From: Candidatus Uhrbacteria bacterium
Lineage (GTDB): Bacteria; Patescibacteriota; Patescibacteriia; UBA9934; GWF2-40-263
Direction of reading: 5' to 3'
Assembly (NCBI GenBank): GCA_016188495.1
Contig: JACPHU010000002.1
Location: 7,363-71,362, forward strand
Length of the DNA: 64,000 nucleotides
The first letter of the stretch is position 1, and the number at the start of each line of letters is the position of its first letter. Both the position numbers and the translations under genes were made by a program. Positions 31,641 through 40,373 of this stretch are shown piece by piece. Under the pieces are notes generated by a model that worked only from the letters and a program-made list of their open reading frames with translations, was not told the DNA's origin and ran no database searches.

Positions 31641-33746
31641 ATGCAAGAGTTTACCCTTCATGATGATTTTGATCTCTCCAAAGCTCGTATTGATTATCAA
31701 AAAGAGCTGAATCCTCAGCAATTAGAGGTTGTTTTAAATGGAGAAGGGTCTGTGTTAGTTTTGGCTGGGGCGGGATCGGGAAAAACTCGAACGATTACCT
31801 ACCGTGTTTCTTATTTGCTCGAACGTGGAGTCAGCCCAGATAACATTTTATTACTGACTTTTACCAATAAAGCGGCTCAGGAAATGCTTTCGCGTGTAGA
31901 AGCTCTTTTGGGTTGGTATCCCAAGGGGCTTTGGGGAGGGACGTTTCACTCTGTTGCCAATCGGCTTTTAAGAATCTATGCGCCTGAGTTGGGATATTCA
32001 TCCAACTTTACGATTCTGGATCAAGAAGATACCAAAGCCCTCGTCAAGGTTTGTATTAAACTTCTTCAGGTAGATACAACCTCTCGTCGCTTTCCTTCAC
32101 CTTCTAAAATTCACGGACTTATTAGTTATGTTCAAAATTCAGGTAAGTCCATTTCAGAGGTTATTGAATCTAAATATCCTCAATTGAGTGAATTAACTGG
32201 TGTGATCGAACGTATCGCACAGATGTATGCTCAGAGGAAAAAAGAAGCGGACGCCATGGATTTTGATGATTTATTATTAACACTAAGGGAACTTCTTTCA
32301 ACCAACGAAGGTATTCGGCGTCGATTGTCACAGCAATTTGAATACGTCCTGGTAGATGAATATCAGGACACGAACGTCGTTCAGGCGGATCTCATTCGAC
32401 TTCTTTCACGCGAACACGGAAATCTTCTTGTTGTGGGGGATGATGCGCAATCTATTTATTCGTTTCGAGCCGCGGACATTCAAAATATTCTTGGTTTTCC
32501 ACAAACCTATTCAAACACGAAAACCTTTCGATTAACCACCAACTACCGTTCCACTCCGGAAATTTTGGCCATTGCCAATGCTTCTATTATTCAAAACAAA
32601 AATCAATTTGAAAAAGAATTGGTGTCCGTCCAACCTTCCTTAGAGCTTCCTCATCTTGTACCTGCCAATAATTCTGCACAGGAAGCGCAATTTATTTCTC
32701 AGAGAATTTTAATGTTAAGGGAAGAGGGAGTTCCCTTAAGAGAGGTTGCGGTGTTATTTCGTGCGGCTTTCCATTCTCAAGCACTTGAATTTGAACTGAT
32801 GAAACGTGATATTCCTTATGAGTATCGTGGTGGACTAAAGTTTTTTGAGCGAGCGCATATTAAAGATGTTCTTTCTTATTTGCGGATTAAAAGTAATCCT
32901 AAAGATGAAATGGCTTGGATACGTATTTTGGGATTACTCAGCGGAATAGGGCTTACTACAGCGCAGACGATTGCTGTACAGATGAAGATGCTCGGGTCAT
33001 TAAGTGATCTGTTTTCTTCACCGATAAAAATCCCAAAACGAGCGCAACCAGGTTGGACTGTTTTGCTAAAAACCCTCGAAGAGCTCGTCACGCAAGATCT
33101 TCCTTCGGATTTGATTCGATCGGTTGTGTCGGGTGATTATCGAAATTATTTAGAGGCTGAGTATCCAGATTTTATGGATCGTTTGGAAGATTTGGAACAG
33201 TTTGCGTTGTTTGCGCAAGGGTATATGAGTCTTCAGGTTTTTTTGGATGAGATTTCATTGAGTCTGGATTATGGGGCTCTTCGCGAAGAAGGAGGATTAC
33301 GCGAAGAAGAAAAAATTGTTCTTTCTACCATTCATCAAGCCAAAGGATTGGAATGGACAGCTGTTTTTGTCATGCATCTGATTGATGGAAAGTTTCCTAA
33401 TGATCGGGCGCTTGAAGAAGATGGAGGTCTGGAGGAAGAACGTCGGCTTTTTTATGTCGCAGCCACTCGTGCGCGCAAACAGCTTTTTTTTACCTATCCC
33501 ATAACATCCGGGTACGATACACTTGTGTTGAGTCAACCTTCCATTTTTTTACAAGAATTACCTGATAAATTGTTTGAGAAAATTCTTTTAAAGACAGCGG
33601 TAAATTCTTTTTCCTCTCGCACGTCTTCGTACCAATCCTCGTGGGACGATGACGGTCCTACCATCGTATTTGACGAGTTAGGAGAGCGTGTTCAAAAAGA
33701 AATGCCAAAAGGAATGAGTTTTTTAAGAAATATTGATGAATTATGA
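31641..33746 (+). CDS. UvrD/PcrA-family ATP-dependent DNA helicase
   Basis: AGAGSGKT, TFTNKAA, VDEYQD, GDDAQSIYSFR, STIHQAKGLE and EERRLFYVAATRA motifs. Confidence 0.95.
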   Translation: MQEFTLHDDFDLSKARIDYQKELNPQQLEVVLNGEGSVLVLAGAGSGKTRTITYRVSYLLERGVSPDNILLLTFTNKAAQEMLSRVEALLGWYPKGLWGGTFHSVANRLLRIYAPELGYSSNFTILDQEDTKALVKVCIKLLQVDTTSRRFPSPSKIHGLISYVQNSGKSISEVIESKYPQLSELTGVIERIAQMYAQRKKEADAMDFDDLLLTLRELLSTNEGIRRRLSQQFEYVLVDEYQDTNVVQADLIRLLSREHGNLLVVGDDAQSIYSFRAADIQNILGFPQTYSNTKTFRLTTNYRSTPEILAIANASIIQNKNQFEKELVSVQPSLELPHLVPANNSAQEAQFISQRILMLREEGVPLREVAVLFRAAFHSQALEFELMKRDIPYEYRGGLKFFERAHIKDVLSYLRIKSNPKDEMAWIRILGLLSGIGLTTAQTIAVQMKMLGSLSDLFSSPIKIPKRAQPGWTVLLKTLEELVTQDLPSDLIRSVVSGDYRNYLEAEYPDFMDRLEDLEQFALFAQGYMSLQVFLDEISLSLDYGALREEGGLREEEKIVLSTIHQAKGLEWTAVFVMHLIDGKFPNDRALEEDGGLEEERRLFYVAATRARKQLFFTYPITSGYDTLVLSQPSIFLQELPDKLFEKILLKTAVNSFSSRTSSYQSSWDDDGPTIVFDELGERVQKEMPKGMSFLRNIDEL

Positions 33747-33753
33747 TAAACCT

Positions 33754-35346
33754 ATGAGTGAAGGCAGAGGTAAGAACTCGGTTTCCCCACCTTTCATGGA
33801 AGGTCTAAGAGAAAAACATCAAGAGGCCAATTTTGAAAGACGTGAACAAAAAACCAGTGTGTTGGTTTTTTGTGAGATTCCTCAGACTCTCCAAGAAGCA
33901 TTACCCAAGAGTACAGATAAGAAACGAGCGCAAATGGATGAAAAGCGTTTTACCGCTCGGAGTAAAGCTTTTACAGAGTTGATAAAGGAACTTGCTAAAG
34001 AAGGAGGAGAACAGGAAAAAAAAGGAATCGGGAATATTTCAGCAACGCTTGCTCGATTGATGGAGTTGCATGTTTTAGATCAACCTAAAATGATTCGTCC
34101 TAAAGATGAAACGCCTTATATCTGTCTCACCACAAGAAGAGCTGATACCGCTTTTGATCAAAAATCACTCATTCTTCAACGAGGATCAGATGGAACATTG
34201 TATTATACGTGTTCTGTTTCACGTCTTACCTCGGTTTATAACCGATTACCGGTGATCGAATCTTCGGGCGGAGATTTTACAAAATGGATTAAACAGCTGT
34301 TTGTTGGTTTAGACGTGTCTGTTGAAGTAGACCATTCCCGTCCAGGCGGAGTGAGTCTGGAAGGCGGTTATCCTGCACAGATAGAAAAAGTGAATGTTTC
34401 TGCAAAACTTTCAACAAAAGAAGAAGCTTTTGAACTTTTTCAAGCATTAGAATTGAGTCAGATTTTTATGCGTGGCATGGAATCTGAAGTGAAACATCGT
34501 ACGGAAAAGGTTTTAAATACAGATTGGAAAAGAAATCGTGCCTATGTTGTAGAAGGCGAAACTTATCTTTATGATGTTGTTCATGAAAAAGCATTGGAAG
34601 CATTTAAAGCGTTTTTTGAAACAACACAGGGGAAACAACGCATCCCTGATATCGTTGATGTGAATGTTCTTTTGAGAGAAGATTCCATGACACCTATTAT
34701 TTATGTTCAGCAGAAAGAAGAAATTCTTGGACAGGCATGGACATTTCACAAAACACTCGAATTAAAACCAATCCCTTTGGGTTTCAGTATTCCAGAGTTG
34801 CATATTGAATCACTCGAACTTTCCCCTTTGCCCGTCTATGGACAAGAATCAGCCAAGCGTCAGCGGGTCCAATTACCTAGAGACCAACAGCCCTCTATTG
34901 CTGTTCCTTTTTATGCAGCTATGCATGAACCGAGTTTTGATCGTCGACCAAAACTTGAACTGCTTCACGCTCTTGGAAAATGGTTTAAAGCTCAGGCAGG
35001 AAAGGAATCGAAGCGGTATCACGCAGAAAAGAATTTGCAAGACATAGAAAAACATTTAACGACATTAGGAATAAGGATAGATGAATTGCATGGTAAAACG
35101 AGATCTGAACAAGAGATGTTTTTAAAGAAAACCTATCGGCAACTTTCTCGACAGTATCATCCGGATTTTCATCCGAATGATCCAAACGCGGAATCAAAAA
35201 TGAAAGAATTAACACAGGCCAAGCGTTTCTTTTTTGATGAATTTGGATTAGATCTTTTACCTAGCAGCTATGAAGAACCGTTAGATATTGAGCGTGATGA
35301 TGAAATACATAACACACCGTCAGAGACGTTAAGGCTTGTTTCTTGA
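33754..35346 (+). CDS. Orphan protein with C-terminal J domain (start uncertain, 33733-33754)
   Basis: KKTYRQLSRQYHPDFHPNDPNAESKMKELTQA is a J-domain helix II-HPD-helix III signature. Confidence 0.75.
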   Translation: MSEGRGKNSVSPPFMEGLREKHQEANFERREQKTSVLVFCEIPQTLQEALPKSTDKKRAQMDEKRFTARSKAFTELIKELAKEGGEQEKKGIGNISATLARLMELHVLDQPKMIRPKDETPYICLTTRRADTAFDQKSLILQRGSDGTLYYTCSVSRLTSVYNRLPVIESSGGDFTKWIKQLFVGLDVSVEVDHSRPGGVSLEGGYPAQIEKVNVSAKLSTKEEAFELFQALELSQIFMRGMESEVKHRTEKVLNTDWKRNRAYVVEGETYLYDVVHEKALEAFKAFFETTQGKQRIPDIVDVNVLLREDSMTPIIYVQQKEEILGQAWTFHKTLELKPIPLGFSIPELHIESLELSPLPVYGQESAKRQRVQLPRDQQPSIAVPFYAAMHEPSFDRRPKLELLHALGKWFKAQAGKESKRYHAEKNLQDIEKHLTTLGIRIDELHGKTRSEQEMFLKKTYRQLSRQYHPDFHPNDPNAESKMKELTQAKRFFFDEFGLDLLPSSYEEPLDIERDDEIHNTPSETLRLVS

Positions 35347-35351
35347 AACAT

Positions 35352-36497
35352 ATGATGAACTACAATGAAAAATCACTTGAATTGCACAGACAAAAAAGGG
35401 GGAAATTAGAAGTTGTTTCCACAGTCCCTCTTGATTCGCGAGAAGATTTATCTGTTGCGTATACTCCCGGAGTGGCAGCGGCGTGTTTGGCGATTGCGAA
35501 AGACCCACAGTGCGCGCAAGAGCTCACCATTAAAGGACACATGGTTGCCGTGGTTACGGACGGCTCTGCCGTGTTGGGATTAGGCAATATTGGTGCGTTA
35601 GCAGGATTGCCTGTCATGGAAGGGAAAGCGATTCTGTTTAAAAAATTTGCTGGAATCGATGCTTTTCCTATCTGTTTAAACACCCAAAACGTGGATGAGA
35701 TTGTAGAGACGGTCAAACGGATTGCTCCGGGGTTTGGAGGGATCAATCTTGAGGATATTGCTGCTCCTGCGTGTTTTGAGGTTGAACGTCGGCTGATCGA
35801 AGAACTAGATATTCCCGTGATGCATGACGATCAGCACGGAACAGCCGTTGTTGTTTTAGCAGGACTGTTAAATGCTCTTAAGGTGGTGGAAAAAAAGATG
35901 GAAGACGTCTTTGTTGTTATTTCTGGAGCAGGAGCAGGAGGAATGGGAATTGCCCATCTCTTATTTGAGGCAGGACTTAAACACGTTGTTATGCTTGATT
36001 CCAAAGGGATTATTGCCTCAGGTCGTGAAGGAATGAATATCTATAAAGAAGAATTGGCCGCGCGTATTAATCCTGAAGGACGTACCGGCACACTTGCTGA
36101 TGCGCTTCAGGGTGCAGATGTCTTTATTGGGGTGAGTCAACCTAATCTGGTGACACGCCAAATGGTTCAGACGATGGCTGCGAAAGCGATTATTTTTGCT
36201 CTTGCCAATCCTATTCCTGAAATTATGCCTGAAGAGGCACTTGCAGGGGGTGCACTGGTTGTTGCTACAGGGCGTTCTGATTTTCCTAATCAAGTAAACA
36301 ATGTGTTGGCATTTCCTGGTATTTTTAAAGGGGTTCTTGAAGGCGGATTAAAGAAAATTACACCAAAGATGCGCGTGGCTGCTGCTCATGCTCTTGCGCA
36401 AATGGTGACTCATCCAACTCCTGAAAAAATTATGCCGTCACCTTTTGACGAAGGCGTTGCAGAAACTGTTGCGCAAGCGGTAAAAGCAGCTATGTAA
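35352..36497 (+). CDS. NAD(P)-dependent malic enzyme
   Basis: AYTPGVA, PVMEGKA, INLEDI, HDDQHGT and TGRSDFPNQVNN motifs. Confidence 0.95.
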   Translation: MMNYNEKSLELHRQKRGKLEVVSTVPLDSREDLSVAYTPGVAAACLAIAKDPQCAQELTIKGHMVAVVTDGSAVLGLGNIGALAGLPVMEGKAILFKKFAGIDAFPICLNTQNVDEIVETVKRIAPGFGGINLEDIAAPACFEVERRLIEELDIPVMHDDQHGTAVVVLAGLLNALKVVEKKMEDVFVVISGAGAGGMGIAHLLFEAGLKHVVMLDSKGIIASGREGMNIYKEELAARINPEGRTGTLADALQGADVFIGVSQPNLVTRQMVQTMAAKAIIFALANPIPEIMPEEALAGGALVVATGRSDFPNQVNNVLAFPGIFKGVLEGGLKKITPKMRVAAAHALAQMVTHPTPEKIMPSPFDEGVAETVAQAVKAAM

Positions 36498-36500
36498 TGT

Positions 36501-37061
36501 ATGGTACGTTCAGCAACAAAACGAAACATCCGTTGGGGATCGAGTGTGGGAACAGGAATTATTGTTCTTTGTTTATTTCTTCTTTTTATTTTGGGTGTTA
36601 AGTGGTTTCGTTCTGAGCCTGTCGAAGAAAAAAATACCGTTCCTTCTCTTGTGAATGTGTTGACACCGGATCCTATTTCTCAAACGCTTATAAACGGATC
36701 TGTTGATACGAAAAGTCAGGAAGCAAAGCTTGTCTGGACCGCAACAGGAGAATCGGTTGGAATGGCCGTGCGAGGAAAAAAGGATGAGAAATATTACCTT
36801 GATTTAAAGGCTGTCTTGCCTGAAATCGATTCAGAGCAGGTGTATTATCAGATATGGCTTCTACGTCGCTTGCCTTATGATTTTTTTTCTTTAGGAGCAA
36901 TGATTGTGCAGGAAGACGGATCTTTTGTTTTTCAATGGGAGGCTCCTTCCGATGATGAAGACTATTTGAACTATACAGAGATTGTTATTACAGCCAATCA
37001 ATATACCGGTAGTGCTGATCCTGGAGCCCATTTAGTTGAAGGGACTTTTGGAAAGTACTAA
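36501..37061 (+). CDS. Membrane-anchored protein, RskA C-terminal-like
   Basis: One TM helix; LPE...YYQIWL resembles the anti-sigma-K extracellular domain. Confidence 0.55.
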   Translation: MVRSATKRNIRWGSSVGTGIIVLCLFLLFILGVKWFRSEPVEEKNTVPSLVNVLTPDPISQTLINGSVDTKSQEAKLVWTATGESVGMAVRGKKDEKYYLDLKAVLPEIDSEQVYYQIWLLRRLPYDFFSLGAMIVQEDGSFVFQWEAPSDDEDYLNYTEIVITANQYTGSADPGAHLVEGTFGKY

Positions 37062-37107
37062 TGGTAGCGATTCCCTCTAAAATTCATTGAGTGGGTTAGA
37101 GAGCTTT

Positions 37108-37356
37108 CTATCCATCTGTATAGAGTTCAACCAGTCGCCATTCAAGAAATTCTGAATCCAGTTTGAGTTTGAAGTAATTGTTTACATCCGAGACGGAAAA
37201 ATAGTAGATACGTTTGTGCCCCTCATGAGAACTTTGGACAAGATTTACGGTTTTAATGACGTAGTTTTGTTCGTTCCATCTGAGTGAACAGGGGAGAATA
37301 CGATTATCTTTAAACGAAACGACGACATCGATAGGGTCGTTAAGTAGTTCGTGCAT
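37108..37356 (-). CDS. Small conserved-looking protein downstream of lexA (DUF6504-like)
   Basis: 82 aa with P..LRWN...Y.I, YYFSV and W.L pattern; beta-rich. Confidence 0.65.
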   Translation of the reverse strand: MHELLNDPIDVVVSFKDNRILPCSLRWNEQNYVIKTVNLVQSSHEGHKRIYYFSVSDVNNYFKLKLDSEFLEWRLVELYTDG

Positions 37357-37372
37357 AGGAAAAGATGTTTAA

Positions 37373-37496
37373 ACCTCTGCAAAACTCGCGATCTTGCCTT
37401 TCACGGGCGCCCGTTGACCACACTCTCCCTATTCTGAATAGGGTTCGTGCGGCTCAACAGCCCGTTCAAGGCAATCTCATCGAGTTTTGCAAAGGT
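37373..37496 (+). repeat. Hairpin element family, copy A4
   Basis: IR ACCTcTGCAAAACTCG/CGAGTTTTGCAaAGGT; minimal core without inserted modules. Confidence 0.9.
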
Positions 37497-37654
37497 CTTA
37501 TTATATGTGAAAGAAGTTCACGGAGAGTTCGTTTGATTTGACGGCGGCTTGTGCGGATACGAAATAAACGCAATCCTTTTGCCATTCGTTGATCGCGTCG
37601 ACGTGGAAGAAAGCAAAACGTATTAAAGTGATGACGAAGGATGGAGGTAGACAT
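37466..37654 (-). CDS. Possible small basic protein whose end runs into element A4
   Basis: 62-aa Arg-rich ORF co-directional with lexA; no recognised family. Confidence 0.3.
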   Translation of the reverse strand: MSTSILRHHFNTFCFLPRRRDQRMAKGLRLFRIRTSRRQIKRTLRELLSHIIRPLQNSMRLP

Positions 37655-37690
37655 AATAAAGAGGGTTTAGATGAATGATTGGGATCAATC

Positions 37691-38019
37691 GTCTAAGACA
37701 ACGGCTCGGCCGCAAAAAGGATCAAGGACGTGATCTCTTCTATTCCGCTCAGATTGAATAGAAGAACGATCTTTCCTTTTTCCAGCTTTGTAGCAGAGTC
37801 GTTATCTTGGACACATGAAGGATAAGATCAGAGAGATTTTTCCGGCCTAGTTGCTCTCCGATCTTTCCTTTATTACAATAAAAAAGCTGCCATACGTCTG
37901 GGATTTCGTTCCCGCACGTAACCGGTGGTTTTTGTAAGGAACACTGTTTTGTCTTGCCGGACGCCAGTGTTCTTTTTTTTGCACAGACTGTTGTGTGATC
38001 CCGTTCACAACAGAATGCA
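37691..38019. ncRNA. Candidate structured non-coding region (five tandem hairpins)
   Basis: Stems at about 37691-37812, 37818-37870, 37893-37920, 37936-37975 and 37980-38019; no credible ORF. Confidence 0.4.
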
Positions 38020-38022
38020 CAT

Positions 38023-38198
38023 GAAATCTCTCCATAAATCGATGAGATTGCGGTGCACGGGCTGCCCGCCCGACTGAACGACGAGCAATCCTGTTCAGTC
38101 GTTCGGGCGGGTCGAGCTCCGCGAACCCTACTCACAGTAGGGAGAGTGGAGTCGACGGGGCCCGTAAGCCGCAAGATCGCGATTTCTGGAGGGATTTC
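38023..38198 (-). repeat. Hairpin element family, copy A5 (after the lexA stop)
   Basis: IR GAAATCtCTCCAtAAATCG/CGATTTcTGGAGgGATTTC; conserved core. Confidence 0.9.
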
Positions 38199-38199
38199 T

Positions 38200-38814
38200 C
38201 TACACAGGTTGGAATTTTCGTATAACAGCTCTTACTACTCCTTGGATGATGCAGTCTTGGACATAAATAGGATCCATTGAACTGTTTGCTGGTTGGAGAC
38301 GGATTCTATTTTTTTCTCGGTAGAAGCGTTTGAGTGTGGCAAAGGCGTTGTCCATGAGAGCAACGACCACCTCGCCGTTTCTGGGAGAGGGATTGCGTTC
38401 GATCACCACAAAGTCTCCGTTGAGAATCCCGTCTTCGATCATTGAACGTCCTTTGACCCGCAGAACATAAGAGTTAGCACCATCTAGGACAAAGTCTGCA
38501 GGAACGGCCATGGCTTCGTTGTCTTGTACGGCTTCGATAGGTTCTCCGGCTGTGATGAGTCCCAACAGAGGGAGCATGATTGATGATTCGGATGGAGATT
38601 CTTGTACAAGTTCGATAGATCGGGCTTCGCCGTCTTCTCCGTTGGTAATAAGACCTTTTTCTAAAAGCATTTGAACGTGCCCATGTACCGTTGCAGGAGA
38701 GGATAATCCAAAATGGTCGGCAATTTCACGATAGGATGGAGCATAACCATTTTCGCTCAGGTGTTCGCGAATGAATTCCAGAACTTCAGCCTGTTTTTTT
38801 GTGAGTGGTGGCAT
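38200..38814 (-). CDS. lexA: SOS repressor LexA
   Basis: wHTH with APSYREIA, cleavage site TAGEP, VKGRSM and TLKRF. Confidence 0.96.
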   Translation of the reverse strand: MPPLTKKQAEVLEFIREHLSENGYAPSYREIADHFGLSSPATVHGHVQMLLEKGLITNGEDGEARSIELVQESPSESSIMLPLLGLITAGEPIEAVQDNEAMAVPADFVLDGANSYVLRVKGRSMIEDGILNGDFVVIERNPSPRNGEVVVALMDNAFATLKRFYREKNRIRLQPANSSMDPIYVQDCIIQGVVRAVIRKFQPV

Positions 38815-38825
38815 AGGGGAGTAAG

Positions 38826-38954
38826 GAGACCTCTACAAAACTCGCGATCTTGCCTTTCACGGGCACCCGTCGATCCCGTTCTCCCTATGTGAATAGGGTT
38901 CTCGGGACTCGACAGCCCGTTCAAGGCGATCTCATCGAGTTTTGTAGAGGTCTC
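38826..38954 (+). repeat. Hairpin element family, copy A6 (lexA leader)
   Basis: Perfect 19-bp IR GAGACCTCTACAAAACTCG/CGAGTTTTGTAGAGGTCTC; minimal core. Confidence 0.93.
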
Positions 38955-38972
38955 TAAGTGAAGTGGATAACT

Positions 38973-39018
38973 GTTCGCTTTCTGTTCGTATTATATTGCG
39001 AACAAAAACCGAACACAA
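38973..39018 (-). promoter_or_regulatory. lexA promoter with two putative LexA operators
   Basis: GTTC-N7-GTTC (38973-38987) and GAAC-N7-GAAC (39000-39014) straddle minus-strand TATAAT (38995-38990) and TTGTGT (39018-39013), spacer 17. Confidence 0.7.
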
Positions 39019-39116
39019 GAGAAGGGTGTGGATATCGTTTTTTATTCACCTAACATCCCCAAGTTTTGCGATGACAGTCGAGTAAAATTTTGGTATTCTG
39101 AGGCAGTATTTCTTTG

Positions 39117-39314
39117 GAGATCTTTGTAAAACTCGATGAGACCTACTTGCCGGTAGGCAGGTAGCCTTGCCTGCCTGTCGGCAGACAGGAATGGGGAAAC
39201 CCGTCCGAACGGACATAAGGCCGGGCGGGTCGGCGACAGAGTCGTACCTAAACGTACGGCGACAAGCCGATGAGGCCCCATGAAATGAAAGATCGCGAGT
39301 TTTGCAAAGATCTC
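39117..39314 (-). repeat. Hairpin element family, copy A7 (metK leader)
   Basis: IR GAGATCTTTGtAAAACTCG/CGAGTTTTgCAAAGATCTC; ends 1 nt before the ATG; carries two 20-nt palindromic inserts. Confidence 0.9.
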
Positions 39315-39315
39315 T

Positions 39316-40362
39316 ATGAAGAAAACGGTCGAGTCTGTCACACAAGGTCATCCGGACAAAATCTGCGATCAGATCGCTGATGCGATCGTGGATGAGTATT
39401 TGCGTCGGGATAAACACGCACAAGTAGATGTAAATGTTTTGGGGTCCCATGGCATGGTAATGATCGCGGGAGAGGTAACCTCTACGGCTGATTTTGATAT
39501 CGGAGCGCTTGCTCAAAAAGTGTACGAAGAGATCGGATATAAAGATGATATAGAAGTCTTTGTAAATATCGAAACGCAATCCGACGAAATGAAACGCATT
39601 ACCAATGGGGTAATGGACAACGTTGTGGTGAATGGATATGCCACACAGGAGACCCGTGAATTGTTACCAAGATCACTTGTCTATGCTCATAATCTCGCTC
39701 GTCGTTTAGATGATTTGCGAAAATCAGACCCGGCTTTTTCTTGGCTCAAACCAGATGGAAAGATACAGCTTACGATGGAGGGGGATCGTGTGTGTGCGGT
39801 GACGGTTCTTGCCTCTCATCACGTCAGTATTCAAGAGAAAGAAGTGAAGACCGCTCTATTGGATCGTTTATTGGTTCCTGTCGTGGGAGAAGAAGGCGTC
39901 CAAATATATATCAATCCTGTCGGTTCGTTTCATCAAGCAGGTTTTCGATCCGACTCAGGAGCCAGTGGTCGTAAATTAACGGTAGATACCTACGGAGGTC
40001 TTGTTCCGCAAGGAGACAAATCTCTTTCGGGGAAAGACCCCACAAAAGTAGATCGCGCCGCTGCTTACATGGCCCGGTTTGCTGCACGATTTATTGTGGA
40101 ACAAGGTCTTGCGACCTCCGCGATGGTGACATTGGTTTATTCGATGGGGCAACCGCAGCCGATTTATCTTCAAGCATTGGGAATGGGGGAAAAATCTCGA
40201 GGAAGCAAGATGGATCTCACCAATGTGTTAAAACAAACTTTCGATTTTCGTCCTCAAGCGATTGTAGAGTTTTTGGATCTGATTCAGCCGCTGTATCGCG
40301 CTACAGCGGCTTATGGACATTTTGGGAGACAGGGATTCCCTTGGGAAGATAAAGTGTTATAG
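39316..40362 (+). CDS. metK: S-adenosylmethionine synthetase homolog, divergent
   Basis: ESVTQGHPDK, GRKLTVDTYGG, SGKDPTKVDR and AAYGHFGR are present, but GAGDQG is replaced by GVMDNV. Confidence 0.8.
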   Translation: MKKTVESVTQGHPDKICDQIADAIVDEYLRRDKHAQVDVNVLGSHGMVMIAGEVTSTADFDIGALAQKVYEEIGYKDDIEVFVNIETQSDEMKRITNGVMDNVVVNGYATQETRELLPRSLVYAHNLARRLDDLRKSDPAFSWLKPDGKIQLTMEGDRVCAVTVLASHHVSIQEKEVKTALLDRLLVPVVGEEGVQIYINPVGSFHQAGFRSDSGASGRKLTVDTYGGLVPQGDKSLSGKDPTKVDRAAAYMARFAARFIVEQGLATSAMVTLVYSMGQPQPIYLQALGMGEKSRGSKMDLTNVLKQTFDFRPQAIVEFLDLIQPLYRATAAYGHFGRQGFPWEDKVL

Positions 40363-40373
40363 TAAAATCATCT

